A stretch of DNA of 64,000 nt from Azolla caroliniana (Eukaryota > Plantae > Polypodiophyta), in contig JBHGNT010000021.1 of assembly GCA_043228905.1 (NCBI GenBank), positions 4,402,001 to 4,466,000 of the forward strand, in the 5' to 3' direction. Numbering within the stretch: position 1 is the first letter of the stretch; each line of letters opens with the position of its first letter. The translations under genes and the position numbers were made by a program. Under the pieces are notes generated by a model that worked only from the letters and a program-made list of their open reading frames with translations, did no database searches and had not been told where the DNA came from. This document shows, one piece after another, positions 25,716 to 37,699 of the stretch.

Positions 25716-28132
25716 ACTTACCAAGTTGGTCGATTGAATCGTCGATCGTGGTAATGGATATCTGTCATGTTTTGTAATTTTATTCAGTGGTTTGAAATCA
25801 ATGCAAAATTTGAATGTATCGTCATCTTTTTTTGACCAAATGAGGCTCTGATACCCATTCGCTGCTAGACGGTTCAATAATATCCTTCTGGATCATTTCT
25901 TGGACAGTGGTATTTATCCTTTGATGATCAAGCGGTGAGCTCCTTCTAGTTGCCATTCACACTGGAGGAGAGTATGTTGTGGGTATGGCGCGTTGCACTT
26001 GTAAAGTTACTTGGGTGGTTTTTTTTTACTTCATAAAGATTTTCATAAACTGTTTGAGTAGGCGACGGAGGTCGGCTAAATGTGATTGTGCTGGTTCTAT
26101 TTGGATTTCAGTATGCATGATCTGTGTGCTATTATGAGGGGTGCTATGAAGTGAAATTATGGTGAACGACCTAATATGGGGAAGAACTAATTTCTGTGTG
26201 TCGAAATGCAACAGGGCCCCATTCTTAACAAACCAATCACATCCTAATGTTAAAGGAAAAAGTTGTTTTGGCAAGACAAAATGAATGAACAAAAGTATGG
26301 TGTGCTAGTGTGAAGGTGCAATGTGCGTGCGTGGATGATTTATAGAGTTTTTGTTCATCACCGAAAACTACATTGATTAGTGGTGCAGTTAATGTTGGTA
26401 AATGCAATTGATTAACTATATCTAAACTAATTGAAGAGATCTCACTACCTATATCTAGTAATGCTTCGTGGCATGTATTCTGAATGCATGCTATTGTGGA
26501 GTAGACTATTCGGTTGGAAGATGTGGCGGCTTGGAAGTGTGGGAGTTGCTCTTCCCTCAACATCCCGTGTTGATGTTTTCCTGTATGTCGGCAAGGCATG
26601 TCGAATCGGCCAACTAGATTTGTGCGTTTTGAAGATGTCTGGGTGTAGCAAATTTCTTGCAATATTTCTTGACATGGTCATAATTATTGTAGTAGAAACA
26701 TTGTGGGCGTTCTTGATTATCACGACTTGGAAGTTGCTTCTTAGTATTAATTTGTGCATTCTATATGTCAATATCCATCGAGCATGTTGTGAGTTCGACT
26801 TGATGCTTCTGATAGTTGTGTTGTGGCATTGTAGATGCTTCTGGCAATTCAACGTAGTCAAGTGCTTCTATACGTTGGGCGATCTGTGCAACTATTTGGA
26901 ATGTGGTCAGCCCTTTATCTTTTACTCTCCTATAGATGTCATTTCTCAACCTTAGTAGCAAGAAATAAAACTTCATAGTCTCTTTCATGTTTGGATATAC
27001 TCTTAGTAATAGTTGTTTTAATCTGACTGCAAATTGTGCTATTGGTTCATGTGTTTGTTGATGCATGTTACCTAATTGTTGTAGGGTTGTTTGCGTTATG
27101 TCATTAATGGCGAAGTGTTGGACCAGTTGTTCATGTAGGTATGATCAATCTTGTTTTACTTCTTTTGGTTGTTGAATAAACTAGGTTACTACGATGTTTT
27201 CCAATATTGTGCGCAATTTGAGGGCTTTTCTGTCATCACTCCATTGATGATAGCCAACACCATTATCAAAGTGATCTAACCAAGCCAATACATCTTTTGT
27301 TAGTAGACCGGAAAATGACAGTGGCATGATTCCCGAGTCCTTCTGTTTCTTTTGTTGTTTCCTGTTTGTTGTGATTGATTAGTTAACCAATTCATTATTG
27401 TTTGATTTGTGTGGTTTACCTACATCATCATTGTTGACATAGCTTGAAGCATTTGCTCGGTTGCATTGCTTGGAGAGCTATGTTCCACGAATTCTAGTTG
27501 CATACTCATCATGTTGTTGAAATTTTATGTTTGCATCTTTGTGTAGTTGATGCACACTTGTCGTGCTTGGATTAACATCTTCTCGGGTGGTTATTTGTGG
27601 GTTTGACAACTGCTTTTGTGTGATAATCGTGTTGAGAGACAAGCTCAACATCGGCCGGTTCGGTTGAAGAAGCCGAGGACTGGATCGGTTGGGACCAATC
27701 GGTTAGGCTGAGTGCGTAAACCGGGAGGTCGTTAGGAAAGATATTCCGTGAGGAATATATTTGGGAGTTAGTGTAGGAGCTCTTGATGAGCATTGAAGTA
27801 CTGTCAATACTTCAGTCAGTCCTTCTAGGACTTGTATAAAAGTGTTCACTGAGCACGTCTTATGTACAGACTGAGTATTATTGTTAAACATAGTTTTTTT
27901 GTGTTTTCTCTCTCTGTCTCTCCCGAGTATACTGTGTAAGCTCAAGCTCTCCATTGAACCTGAGTTTCCTTCCTTCTGTTCGGTCTTCATACTTGCTTCC
28001 GCACGTTACTTTCTACATGGTATCAGAGCGCGAGGGTTGAGAACCTCTCTGCAACCGACACAGCTTGACGAAGAAGAACAAGAAGAACAATGGATAGAGG
28101 CATGGCGAGCTCGCTTCCAACAGAGAAGCTCG

Positions 28133-31100
28133 TGTCGAATACATGTGTATAATGGACGTATTCACACTATCCCGTTTTGGCCATTTATGTAATTAGCATA
28201 AAGGGTAGTTGCCCTAAGTCGGTCACTATATATATTGACCTTGTAACCTTTTTGTAAGGTTGGGTGTTGTATTATTGATATATGGAATAAGAATTATTTT
28301 TGTGTGTGTCTCTCTCTCTCTCTGTGCAACGACATAGAAACTGTCATACGCAGGTACTCAGCAGAAATCGAATGCTTCTTGATCTTCCGCAAAGACGACT
28401 TTGTCTCCAACATCTGGTATCAGAGCATTCACAGTAGTCGGTCCTTCAATCCGCTGTCGGCCGTCGTCTCAGCATTCGGTTTCCTGCGTCATTCGAAGAA
28501 GAGAGAAGAAGAAGAAAAACGAGGCCTGCATCTCATCGCGTTAGATCATCTTTGTTTGGAGTAAGCCAGCAGGTCGTACTCCGTTCCTTGTGATCGTAAC
28601 CGCTCGAGGTGAAATCCCCTTGTGCAACATTGACACGATCGTGCTCCACCCGGTTAAACGGCATCCGAAGAGGTAATCAAACGCCGCTCGTTGTAACCAC
28701 TCGGTGCAGATCGGTCTCAAGACAACAACCCCAAATTCGTGCTTCATCCGGCTTATCGACATTCGAGAGGATCAGTTGGATCCATCTCTCTCGTCGCTGC
28801 AGTCACCCGAAGCCGAATCGGTCCAGATAATCGGTTTCAATAATCGGTATTCGGTATATATATCCGAAGCGAACCGGGCTCACTTCGACTCGGAACCATT
28901 CGGGAAGACCAGTCGGTTCTGTCCCTCAAGTTACCGGAGTCAATTCGAGCAAGTTCAACAATACATATATTCGAAGCCGAACCGACTCAGGTTCAAATCC
29001 GACTAGAACGATATCGGGTGAGCCAACCGGCTGCACTCCAACAAGGTTCGTAGTCAACTCCGAACCGAGCTTTGTTAACCGAAACCAAATTTGATGGCAT
29101 CAACATCCGGCTCGTCAGAAATGAGTCTACGAAAGTTCGATGGATCGAACTTCAACTTCTGGAAGGAGCAAATGCAGGACTATCTCATAGTCAAGGGGCA
29201 AATCGATCCCATCGAAAATGAAGAACCTCCAGAAGGATACAAACCAATTGAGTGGCAGAAGCTGGACAAAATTGTCCGCGCCACGATTCGGATGCACCTA
29301 TCGGAATCGGTATACTTTACGGTGCAATCGTGTACGACAGCATTCGAACTGTGGAAAACACTGTCGGACACTTACGAAAAGAAGGTCGCCGCAACGAAGA
29401 TGTTTCTGATCCGGCGCCTCTACAACTTGCGGATGAAAGAATCCGATTCGGTTCAAGCACACCTCAATGAGTACGAAAGCATAAGCTCCCAAATCTCGTC
29501 ACAGGGGACGGCAATCGAGGATGAACTCAGAGCAATGATACTCATGAGCAGCCTTCCCTCATCATGGGAAACTTTCGTCACAACCGTGTGCAACGCGTCA
29601 ACCACGGCTGTTAAATACTCCGAAGTCACGAGCGCAATCCTGACCGAAGCAGCTCGGAGAAAGTCTTTCGCCAAAGACTCAACAGATGACGCTTACATAG
29701 TACAAGGTTCGACAGACCGATCGAACATACGAGGAAGAGATTCCTCACGACCGCCGAACAATCAGCGAAGACGGAGCCAGTCACGGGATAACCGAATCTG
29801 CAACTATTGCAAGAAACCCGGACACATCAAAGCAGACTGCCGCGCACTCAAGAACAAGAACAACAAGAAGAGTGGCCGGCATGAGGAGATCAATTACGTC
29901 AGCTTCTCAGCTGATGTACTACCGGACGACCCGAATATACTATCAATCGAAAATCCAGTCGGATCAGAAGTTCTACTCACGACTGAAGAATCGAGCACAT
30001 GGCTCTTAGATTCGGGCGCGTCATTTCACGTGACTCCTCATCGATCCCAATTCCGGCAATATACGATCCGTCACTCCGACTCAGTTCGAGTCGGCAACTC
30101 ACAACACTGTGACATTATCGGAATCGGCACAGTAGAGCTCAACCTTGCAGGTGGCTCTACACTTGTACTCCACAATGTCCGACATGTACCCGAGCTCTCA
30201 AGGCCATTGATCTCAGTCGGACAACTAGATGAAGACGGCATTCGTGCCGGTTTTTCTTCGGGAGGGTGGACACTCCACAGGGGGAACCTCCTGCTTGCTA
30301 GAGGACCCAAGATACACTCCCTGTATCCGTTACATGTTACGCTCAGAGAGGGTAACCTGTTTTTGGTGGATATTCCTGTGTCATCACTATGGCACCGAAG
30401 ATTAGGACACCTCAGCAAGGCCGGCATCACGCACCTATCTAGAGCCGGATACATCCCCAAACTCTCCTTCTCCGACCATCAATTTTGCGAGCATTGCCAG
30501 TATGGCAAACAAGCAGCCGCATCACACCCGACATCAGCACCAAGAGAAACGAGACCTCTCGATTTGGTCCACTCGGACGTCTGTGGCCCAATGCCGCATC
30601 AGTCTCTAGGCGGTGCCTCTTACTTCGTCACTTTTATTGACGATTCGACTCGAAAGGTGTGGGCTTATCCAATTCGCACCAAAGATCGGGTCTTCTCGAT
30701 CTTCTCCGATTGGCTCGCTATGGTAGAAAATCAAACCGACCGAAAACTGAAATGCTTTCGGACCGACAATGGGGGAGAGTTCAAATCAGAAGAATTCGTC
30801 AAATTCTGCCGACAACGCGGCATCCGACGTGAATTTACGGCACCACACAGCCCGGAGCAAAACGGGATTGCCGAACGCATGAATCGGACAATCCAAGAAC
30901 GGATAGTTTCCATGCTCCAACACTCCGGACTGTCGGATGGCTTCTGGGCAGAGGCTCTACTCACGGCAGTACACATAATCAATATGTCGCCAAGTAGACC
31001 TCTAGGACTTCAAATTCCTCAGGAACTCTGGAACGGCAGTAAGCCGAATTACGACAAGCTGAGGATCTTCGGATGCGAGGCGTACGCCCTTATTCCGAAA

Positions 31101-33528
31101 GATGATCGCCGAAAACTTGCACCTCGGTCCAGGAAATGCATTTTCCTTGGATATGGATCCGACGGCGAAATGGGATACCGACTCTGGGACCCCGAACGCA
31201 GGCAAATCGTTCGAAGTTCGGACGTTGTGTTCAACGAGTCGGCTATGAATCCATCAGTCGAAAAACCGATCGAAGTCCGAAGGGTAACGTTTTCCGATGT
31301 GCCGACCCTTCAAGAAGGCCCCGCTCTCAACACACGGTCAGCTTCACGGGTAGCTGAACCTTACACTACCGACTCGGACAACCCCGACTCGGCACAGCAG
31401 AACAATCCGCTTTCGGACCATCCGACCTTGATACCCGATGCGACCAGTCCAATCTTACCTCGCCGATCCGAGAGACTGTCGCAACCTCCGGAGAGGTATT
31501 CTCCTGGAATTTTCTTCACCGACGCCGGCGAACCGACGTCTTACGAAGAAGCATCGACATCTGTCGATTCAGCCACCTGGCATCTGGCGATGGAGTCGGA
31601 AATGCACTCCATTCGGGCAAACAAGACTTGGGATCTGGTCGAATTACCTAGGAACCGACGTGCTCTTCCTTGCAAGTGGGTTTATCGACTAAAAGAGACG
31701 TCTGATTCGACCACCCCAAAGTACAAGGCCAGATTAGTTGCGAAGGGCTTCCGACAAGAATATGGCGTCGACTTCGACGAGATTTTTTCACCAGTGGTGA
31801 AAATGACAACCCTTCGTTTTCTGCTCGGCGTCGTGGCAGCCGACAACTTGGAGCTGATTCAGCTAGATGTCAAAACAGCCTTCCTCCATGGTGATCTCGA
31901 GGAGGAAATTTATATGGAGCAGCCAAAAGGCTTCGTGGCAACTGGCCAAGAACATCTAGTCTGCCGACTCAGGAAGAGTCTATACGGCCTCAAACAGGCA
32001 CCGCGACAATGGTACAAGAAGTTCGACGACTTCATCCAATCGATCGGCTTCTCAAAAAGCGATGAGGACCATTGTCTCTTTACCAACACAGCTCAAGATG
32101 GATCACCCATCTTCCTCATCATTTACGTGGACGACATGCTCATTTCTGGACGCCACGCGGGCGAACTTGCCGATCTCATTCGGCGACTGCGGTTGAAGTT
32201 TGCCATGAAGGACCTCGGTCCGGCACGACACATACTCGGCATGAAGATTAGTCGGCATCGCGATAAACGACATCTTTTTCTGTCTCAGACCGACTATATC
32301 CGACGTGTCTTAGAACGCTTCAACATGCAATCAGCCAAATCTGCTTCAACCCCGCTCCCTATGAATCTTCGGCTCTCTCAGCGAGACTGCCCGACATCCG
32401 GTCCGGAGGGGGAAAATATGAAGTCGGTACCGTATGCACCGGCAGTCGGCTCCCTTATGTACCTGATGGTCGCGACACGGCCTGATATTTCTCACGCCGT
32501 AGGAGTCGTTAGCATATTTATGCACAATCCTGGCCGATCGCATTGGAACGCAGTCAAGCATGTGTTCAGATATCTGGCTGGCACAAAAGACCACGGCATT
32601 CTTTTCGGTCCGAACCGAACCTCAGGCGTAGTCGGTTACACCGACTCGGACTTCGCCGGCTGTATAGACAGTCGGAAATCAACAACCGGATACTGCTTCA
32701 AATTCGGCAATGGAGCAATCTCGTGGAAGTCGAAACTTCAGGAGTGCACAGCGACCTCAACGACCGAAGCAGAATATGTAGCTGCGTCCGACGCAGCAAA
32801 AGAAGCTTTGTGGCTCGGTCGGCTGGCGCACACATTTCGACAAGTCGACCATGACTCGGCTCCAGTTGTCTACAGCGACAAACATATCGACGTTCGATAT
32901 CACTTCATTCGGGACTGCGTCATTTCAGGGAAAATCGGTCTAGAGAAAATATCCACAACCGACAATGTCGCAGATGGAATGACCAAGTGTCTTTCGGCAG
33001 ACCGCTTTCGGTCTCTTCGGCATCAGATGGGCGTAACGACAAACCAGTCCGGTTAGAGCCGGACACAGAGCAGGATGGTTCCCGACAACCGACATCAGTT
33101 CCTTAATGATCGGCTTCAACTGTTCCGACCCGACCAGTTCGGTCTTCTGCTTTCGGACCCTGCCGACTCGAACAAAGCTGATATGCCCGAGAACCTAAGT
33201 CTATACCTGTAATCTTAGATAACCCATGTATACGCCCATTACGGGGGAGTGTCGAATACATGTGTATAATGGACGTATTCACACTATCCCGTTTTGGCCA
33301 TTTATGTAATTAGCATAAAGGGTAGTTGCCCTAAGTCGGTCACTATATATATTGACCTTGTAACCTTTTTGTAAGGTTGGGTGTTATATTATTGCTTTGT
33401 GGAATAAGAAAGTTTTTGTGTGTGTCTCTCTCTCTCTCTGTGCAACGACATAGAAACTGTCATACGCAGGTACTCAGCAGAAATCGAATGCTTCTTGATC
33501 TTCCGCAAAGACGACTTTGTCTCCAACA
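28133..33528 (+). mobile_element. Inner Ty1/Copia element (family B); LTRs 28133-28412 and 33250-33528
   Basis: About 280-bp TGTCG...CAACA LTRs; PBS TGGTATCAGAGC at 28415; PPT ACGGGGGAG. No matching TSD (GCTCG vs AAGCG). Confidence 0.95.
29091..33056 (+). CDS. Copia gag-pol polyprotein, single ORF of 1321 aa (first ATG 29094), with an in-frame deletion in RNase H
   Basis: CNYCKKPGHIKADC knuckle, WLLDSGAS, HSDVCGP, RTDNGGEF, YVDD, YTDSDFAG. VVYSD|KHIDVRYH lacks the usual xxxAIxLxxNPxxHxRT segment. Confidence 0.93.
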   Translation: MMASTSGSSEMSLRKFDGSNFNFWKEQMQDYLIVKGQIDPIENEEPPEGYKPIEWQKLDKIVRATIRMHLSESVYFTVQSCTTAFELWKTLSDTYEKKVAATKMFLIRRLYNLRMKESDSVQAHLNEYESISSQISSQGTAIEDELRAMILMSSLPSSWETFVTTVCNASTTAVKYSEVTSAILTEAARRKSFAKDSTDDAYIVQGSTDRSNIRGRDSSRPPNNQRRRSQSRDNRICNYCKKPGHIKADCRALKNKNNKKSGRHEEINYVSFSADVLPDDPNILSIENPVGSEVLLTTEESSTWLLDSGASFHVTPHRSQFRQYTIRHSDSVRVGNSQHCDIIGIGTVELNLAGGSTLVLHNVRHVPELSRPLISVGQLDEDGIRAGFSSGGWTLHRGNLLLARGPKIHSLYPLHVTLREGNLFLVDIPVSSLWHRRLGHLSKAGITHLSRAGYIPKLSFSDHQFCEHCQYGKQAAASHPTSAPRETRPLDLVHSDVCGPMPHQSLGGASYFVTFIDDSTRKVWAYPIRTKDRVFSIFSDWLAMVENQTDRKLKCFRTDNGGEFKSEEFVKFCRQRGIRREFTAPHSPEQNGIAERMNRTIQERIVSMLQHSGLSDGFWAEALLTAVHIINMSPSRPLGLQIPQELWNGSKPNYDKLRIFGCEAYALIPKDDRRKLAPRSRKCIFLGYGSDGEMGYRLWDPERRQIVRSSDVVFNESAMNPSVEKPIEVRRVTFSDVPTLQEGPALNTRSASRVAEPYTTDSDNPDSAQQNNPLSDHPTLIPDATSPILPRRSERLSQPPERYSPGIFFTDAGEPTSYEEASTSVDSATWHLAMESEMHSIRANKTWDLVELPRNRRALPCKWVYRLKETSDSTTPKYKARLVAKGFRQEYGVDFDEIFSPVVKMTTLRFLLGVVAADNLELIQLDVKTAFLHGDLEEEIYMEQPKGFVATGQEHLVCRLRKSLYGLKQAPRQWYKKFDDFIQSIGFSKSDEDHCLFTNTAQDGSPIFLIIYVDDMLISGRHAGELADLIRRLRLKFAMKDLGPARHILGMKISRHRDKRHLFLSQTDYIRRVLERFNMQSAKSASTPLPMNLRLSQRDCPTSGPEGENMKSVPYAPAVGSLMYLMVATRPDISHAVGVVSIFMHNPGRSHWNAVKHVFRYLAGTKDHGILFGPNRTSGVVGYTDSDFAGCIDSRKSTTGYCFKFGNGAISWKSKLQECTATSTTEAEYVAASDAAKEALWLGRLAHTFRQVDHDSAPVVYSDKHIDVRYHFIRDCVISGKIGLEKISTTDNVADGMTKCLSADRFRSLRHQMGVTTNQSG

Positions 33529-34966
33529 AAGCGAGGCGTGAAGCCAGGAGGAACCGGAGCTGTGTGCCCGAGGATCCCGAAGAGCCTCAAGTTGAGCTTG
33601 AGGGGGAGTGTTGAGAGACAAGCTCAACATCGGCCGGTTCGGTTGAAGAAGCCGAGGACTGGATCGGTTGGGACCAATCGGTTAGGCCGAGTGCGTAAAC
33701 CAGGAGGTCGTTAGGAAAGATATTCCGTGAGGAATATATTTGGGAGTTAGTGTAGGAGCTCTTGATGAGCATTGAAGTACTGTCAGTACTTCGGTCAGTC
33801 CTTCTAGGACTTGTATAAAAGTGTTCACTGAGCACGTCTTATGTACAGACTGAGTATTATTGTTAAACATAGTTTTTTTGTGTTTTCTCTCTCTGTCTCT
33901 CCCGAGTATACTACGTAAGCTCAAGCTCTCCATTGAACCTGAGTTTCCTTCCTTCTGTTCGGTCTTCATACTTGCTTCCGCACGTTACTTTCTACAGATC
34001 GGCTAGTGGGCGAATGTGGTTGATCTCAAAATGCCTGTTATTTCCACCAATTTTATGTACATTGTTAAAGCCTAATTTCCCTCTGCCTCTAGCCTCTTTG
34101 GAGGCCTATCTATTTATAATGTTTTCAACCGGTTTTTGGTTTAACCCTCAATTAGTTAGTATGTTTCTTGGTTCTTCTTGGATCCAAACTGTATGGTTTG
34201 GTCCCCACACATGAGACTATTATAAAATAAAATAATTAAACAAAGATAAAATAAATAAACATATTTAATATATAAAGTAAATAAATAAGCAAATTAATTA
34301 ATTAGTAAAATTAAATAAACCATAATAATATTATGGAAATAATAATAGAAATAGTAATTTAATTAATAAATTAAATGTAGATATAATATAATAATAATTT
34401 GATAACAATATTATAAATTTATAAATATAGATATTTATAATTTTAACTAAGCAAATCAATAAAAATAGTTTACTTAATAAGTAAATGACATGCAAGTAAA
34501 TAAACAAATAATAATCATAATCATAATAATAAAATATTTTATGAAATAAATGACAATAATAGAACAATTTAAATATATATATATATATATTGTCATTCAT
34601 TAAAAACCTACCCTATAGTCAACAAATACCTACACACAATTGATCTACAACTCAAAACTGATTAATCTTGACATTGACATCCTTGACCATAGAATTTGGG
34701 AAACTCGAGTCAACCTATCCTCTCTGATTCAAGTTCTTGGTAGTTCCGCTCAGATTTCACACGTATGCACGTAACAACGTGAAGTATTTGGCGCGATTGT
34801 TTCCTTTCTCATAGCTTTGCCATGGGGGTTTTGAAACAGTGCCTGCCTGTGAGGAAACTCTCTAAGGAAGAAGGGGAAGGCAATCTTGAGATCTCCATTG
34901 CAAGTTGGATCTCACACAAAGAGTCCACACACAAGAAACACTCTCTATCACAGAGACAAACATACA

Positions 34967-35006
<40 letters not shown>

Positions 35007-35009
<3 letters not shown>

Positions 35010-37183
35010 ATGGTTAATACACTCATCAAGAATTGATTATGGTGCAATTAGATTTGGAGAAAGCTTATGATCATGTTAATTGGTCCTTTGTTTCTGGGTT
35101 AATGCATACAATGGGCTTTGGACCTCGTATGTCTCGCCTCATATTTTTATTAGGACAAGATGCGGTGTCTCGAGTCATGCTTAATGGGGGGTTACATCAG
35201 ATATTGCCCTTACAAGATCTGTTCGTCAAGGATGCCCTATTAGCTCGTTGTTTGCTATTGTTACTCATCCATTGTTAATGATGCTATTAAGACTTGCAAC
35301 AAATGGTGATATTGTGGGTTTACACCTTCCGTCTAGAGGGCAACTAGTTGCACAAGCTTTGGCAGATGATTCTTTCATGTTTCAACAAGCCTCACGAGAG
35401 AATCTTGAGAAGGGGATGCTTGTATGGAACCAATTTGCATTGGCTTCCGGATTACATATTAATTGGAGGAAGTCTAGTCTCATATCATGTATTGAAAGGG
35501 ATTTGGAATGTTTAGGATGGCAAGGATCCGTGGTGAAGAAATGCTCTATTTTTCGACACTTGAGCTATCCATTAGGAATGAATGTTACAAATGGTCAATT
35601 GATTGAATGGATGTCTAGTAAGTTGAGGGATAAGTTCATGTATTGGAAATCACAACCTTGGCCATTTCATGTACGTTTGAAGGTTGTACAATGTATTATG
35701 GAACCTATGATATTATATTACTTGCCATTACTACCATGGACAAAGAAGGCTTTGCATTCTATTTTGCAACCTCTTCGATATTTGTTGTGGAAGAAGAGGG
35801 ATAAGATGGGAACCACTTGGGTTGCATGGAATCATCTAGCAACTCCTAAGCGCTTGGGGGGAGCTGGAATATTGAACTTATCTAAGCATATGACGGCTTG
35901 TAGATTTTCATTATTACAAGACATGTGTTCAAACTCACAACCATGGATATCTATTATTCAATATTTCATTGAGAACAAGGGTTTAACACATGGGAGGACA
36001 ACAATTAAGGCTTCATGGTGGCAATTACTAAATGGATATATTTCACTTAGGATTCCAGGCTCTACATGTGTTCAACACTTGGTTACCTCATGGCAAGAAG
36101 CACTCTTGTTATGTGTATGGAAACCATCATCTAGTAGAGCGCATTGCAATTCTTTGCAAAAAGAGTTACTTGTGTCTTCTCGGTTATTATGTTGGCCAGG
36201 AAAGGAGAGATTGCGCTCTCAATTTAATTGTTTGTTTCATTTGGGGGTCAAAGAGGTGGGAGATATAGTTGAGGCTCCATCTCAAAGAATTTGGAAGTTT
36301 GTTGAAGTGCGACAATTATTACGCATTCTGCCTAATTATGGGTTTATTTGGCAACAACTATAAAATATTCCATTGATGCAGGGTCCCTTACCTCTACAAA
36401 CAAGAGAACAATCGTGGATTGGTTGGTGTTTAAAGGGACAAACATCGTTGTTACAAGTGACTACTAATATTTTGTATCATTGCTATGTTGAGTCTCTTGG
36501 ATGGTTATCATCTAAGGCTGAAGAAGAATGGAGATTACACAAATCTGATCATGGGTGGTGGCAAATCTTACAATGTAGTTGGCATTCTAAATTGCCACTT
36601 GTAGCAAAGGTCTTCATTTGGAGAGTTTTGATTGGAGGATTGCCTTTGGGATTAGCTCTAAAGCGTTGTGAACTAGCAACGGGTAATTGCTTTTTTTGCA
36701 TTGTTCAAATGGAAGATAGTACTCATCGATTTATACAATGTCTGATTGCTTCTCAGACTTGGAGTTACATTTCTCAAATTTGGCAAGTTTTATCACGGTG
36801 TTATTTGACACCTAGACAGTCGGTGTTTGCACAATTTACACAAGTGGACCCAAAGTAAGAGATGAAGATCGTTTCTCTATTTTTGAGATATTGGGGATTG
36901 CGTCATAATGGGAATATGCACAACGCTTTTGTATTCGATGGTAGATATGGAGTGAAAGCATATCTACAAAAGTTGAAGGGAGTACTAATGTGGCAATTTT
37001 CTTTATTGGAGCAAGTGGAAATCCTTTCCTTAGTGGAATGTTCGTCTTGCCTATTGGCAATTCAACATGTTCCACTACCCATGTAGTGTAGTGTAGTTAG
37101 TGGGTGACCATACTTCATGGTCACACCCATTGTAAGTAGTGTTTTTTACACACATTTATTAATATAATTGTGTGTTTTCACCA
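35007..37183 (+). mobile_element. 5'-truncated L1-clade LINE (RT C-terminal half + zinc-binding region) flanked on both sides by (GA)n
   Basis: QLDLEKAYD, RQGCPI, LADDS, TPKRLGGAGI, CFFC...EDSTHRFIQC; (GA)n tracts at about 34970-35006 and 37185-37207. Confidence 0.88.
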
Positions 37184-37189
37184 AAGAGA

Positions 37190-37577
37190 GAGAGAGAGAG
37201 AGAGAGAAATCTTCTCAAGGGGGATCGGCCATAGGGTGTGCCACTGTTTATGGGTGGGGGGTGGAGAGAAGAACGGCTCCAACCCCCTCCCAAGGGGGGT
37301 TTGGGCGTGACGGAAGGAGAGCGAGAGAAAGAGAGACGGACACAAATTAGAGGGAAACTTCTTCTATTGCTTTTCATGCCCCGTGTGTGGGGTTTATATA
37401 TATATATAAGAGGTAACCGTTACAAATCAAGAACATTAGGGTAGGTCCATAACCATACCATCGAGGGGTTCGGGTCCATCTCACATCATTGTTAGGGGAT
37501 GATCGAGTGGTTTGGCACCCCTTTTTCCTTTATAGAATTCCTTATGTTTTCCTTAATTAATTATTTAGATTCTAACA
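37190..37577 (-). mobile_element. Possible LTR fragment (may continue at about 34700-35000, on the other side of the LINE)
   Basis: The minus strand starts TGTTAGA and has a TATATAAA box followed by pyrimidine-rich sequence. The other end was not resolved. Confidence 0.35.
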
Positions 37578-37699
37578 TTAATATGTTTTTGTTCCTACCA
37601 AGAATGTGATAAAAAAACCCGCCAAACCCTGACTAAGTTTGCAGAAGCTTCTACTATTTCCCCCCCACGCCAACCATTGTCTAGAACCTAGTACTAAAG

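Larger units (their letters stand above)
27630..33996 (+). mobile_element. Outer Copia shell: LTRs 27630-28017 and 33609-33996, PBS, first 14 gag codons, 3' UTR and PPT; its own gag-pol is missing
   Basis: 388-bp LTRs with 6 transitions between them; TSD AATCG/GATCG; PBS at 28018; MDRGMASSLPTEKL at 28090-28131; PPT AGCTTGAGGGGGAG. Confidence 0.93.
22733..34216 (-). mobile_element. Old Ty3/Gypsy element with short (about 165 bp) LTRs at 22733-22897 and 34051-34216, hosting nested insertions
   Basis: Diverged LTR pair with CTAT flanking both ends; minus-strand PPT AAATGGGGAGG; PBS-like TGGTGGAAAT. Fragments ALLDIGSEIS (protease), FCIDFKPLN, YLDD, QTDAS, TDHQPL and YHPRTNGLTERMN fall in PR-RT-RH-IN order. 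Confidence 0.88.

Noticed and set aside
17283-33969. Many 60-170 aa antisense or alternate-frame ORFs over Copia bodies and LTRs
   Set aside because: They are shadow ORFs of GC-rich retroelement sequence with no recognisable motifs; identical ORF pairs just reflect LTR duplication.
34217-34600. Extremely AT-rich tract with an 89-aa ORF
   Set aside because: Low-complexity filler resembling the AT-rich flank at 22700-22732 that the Gypsy element split.
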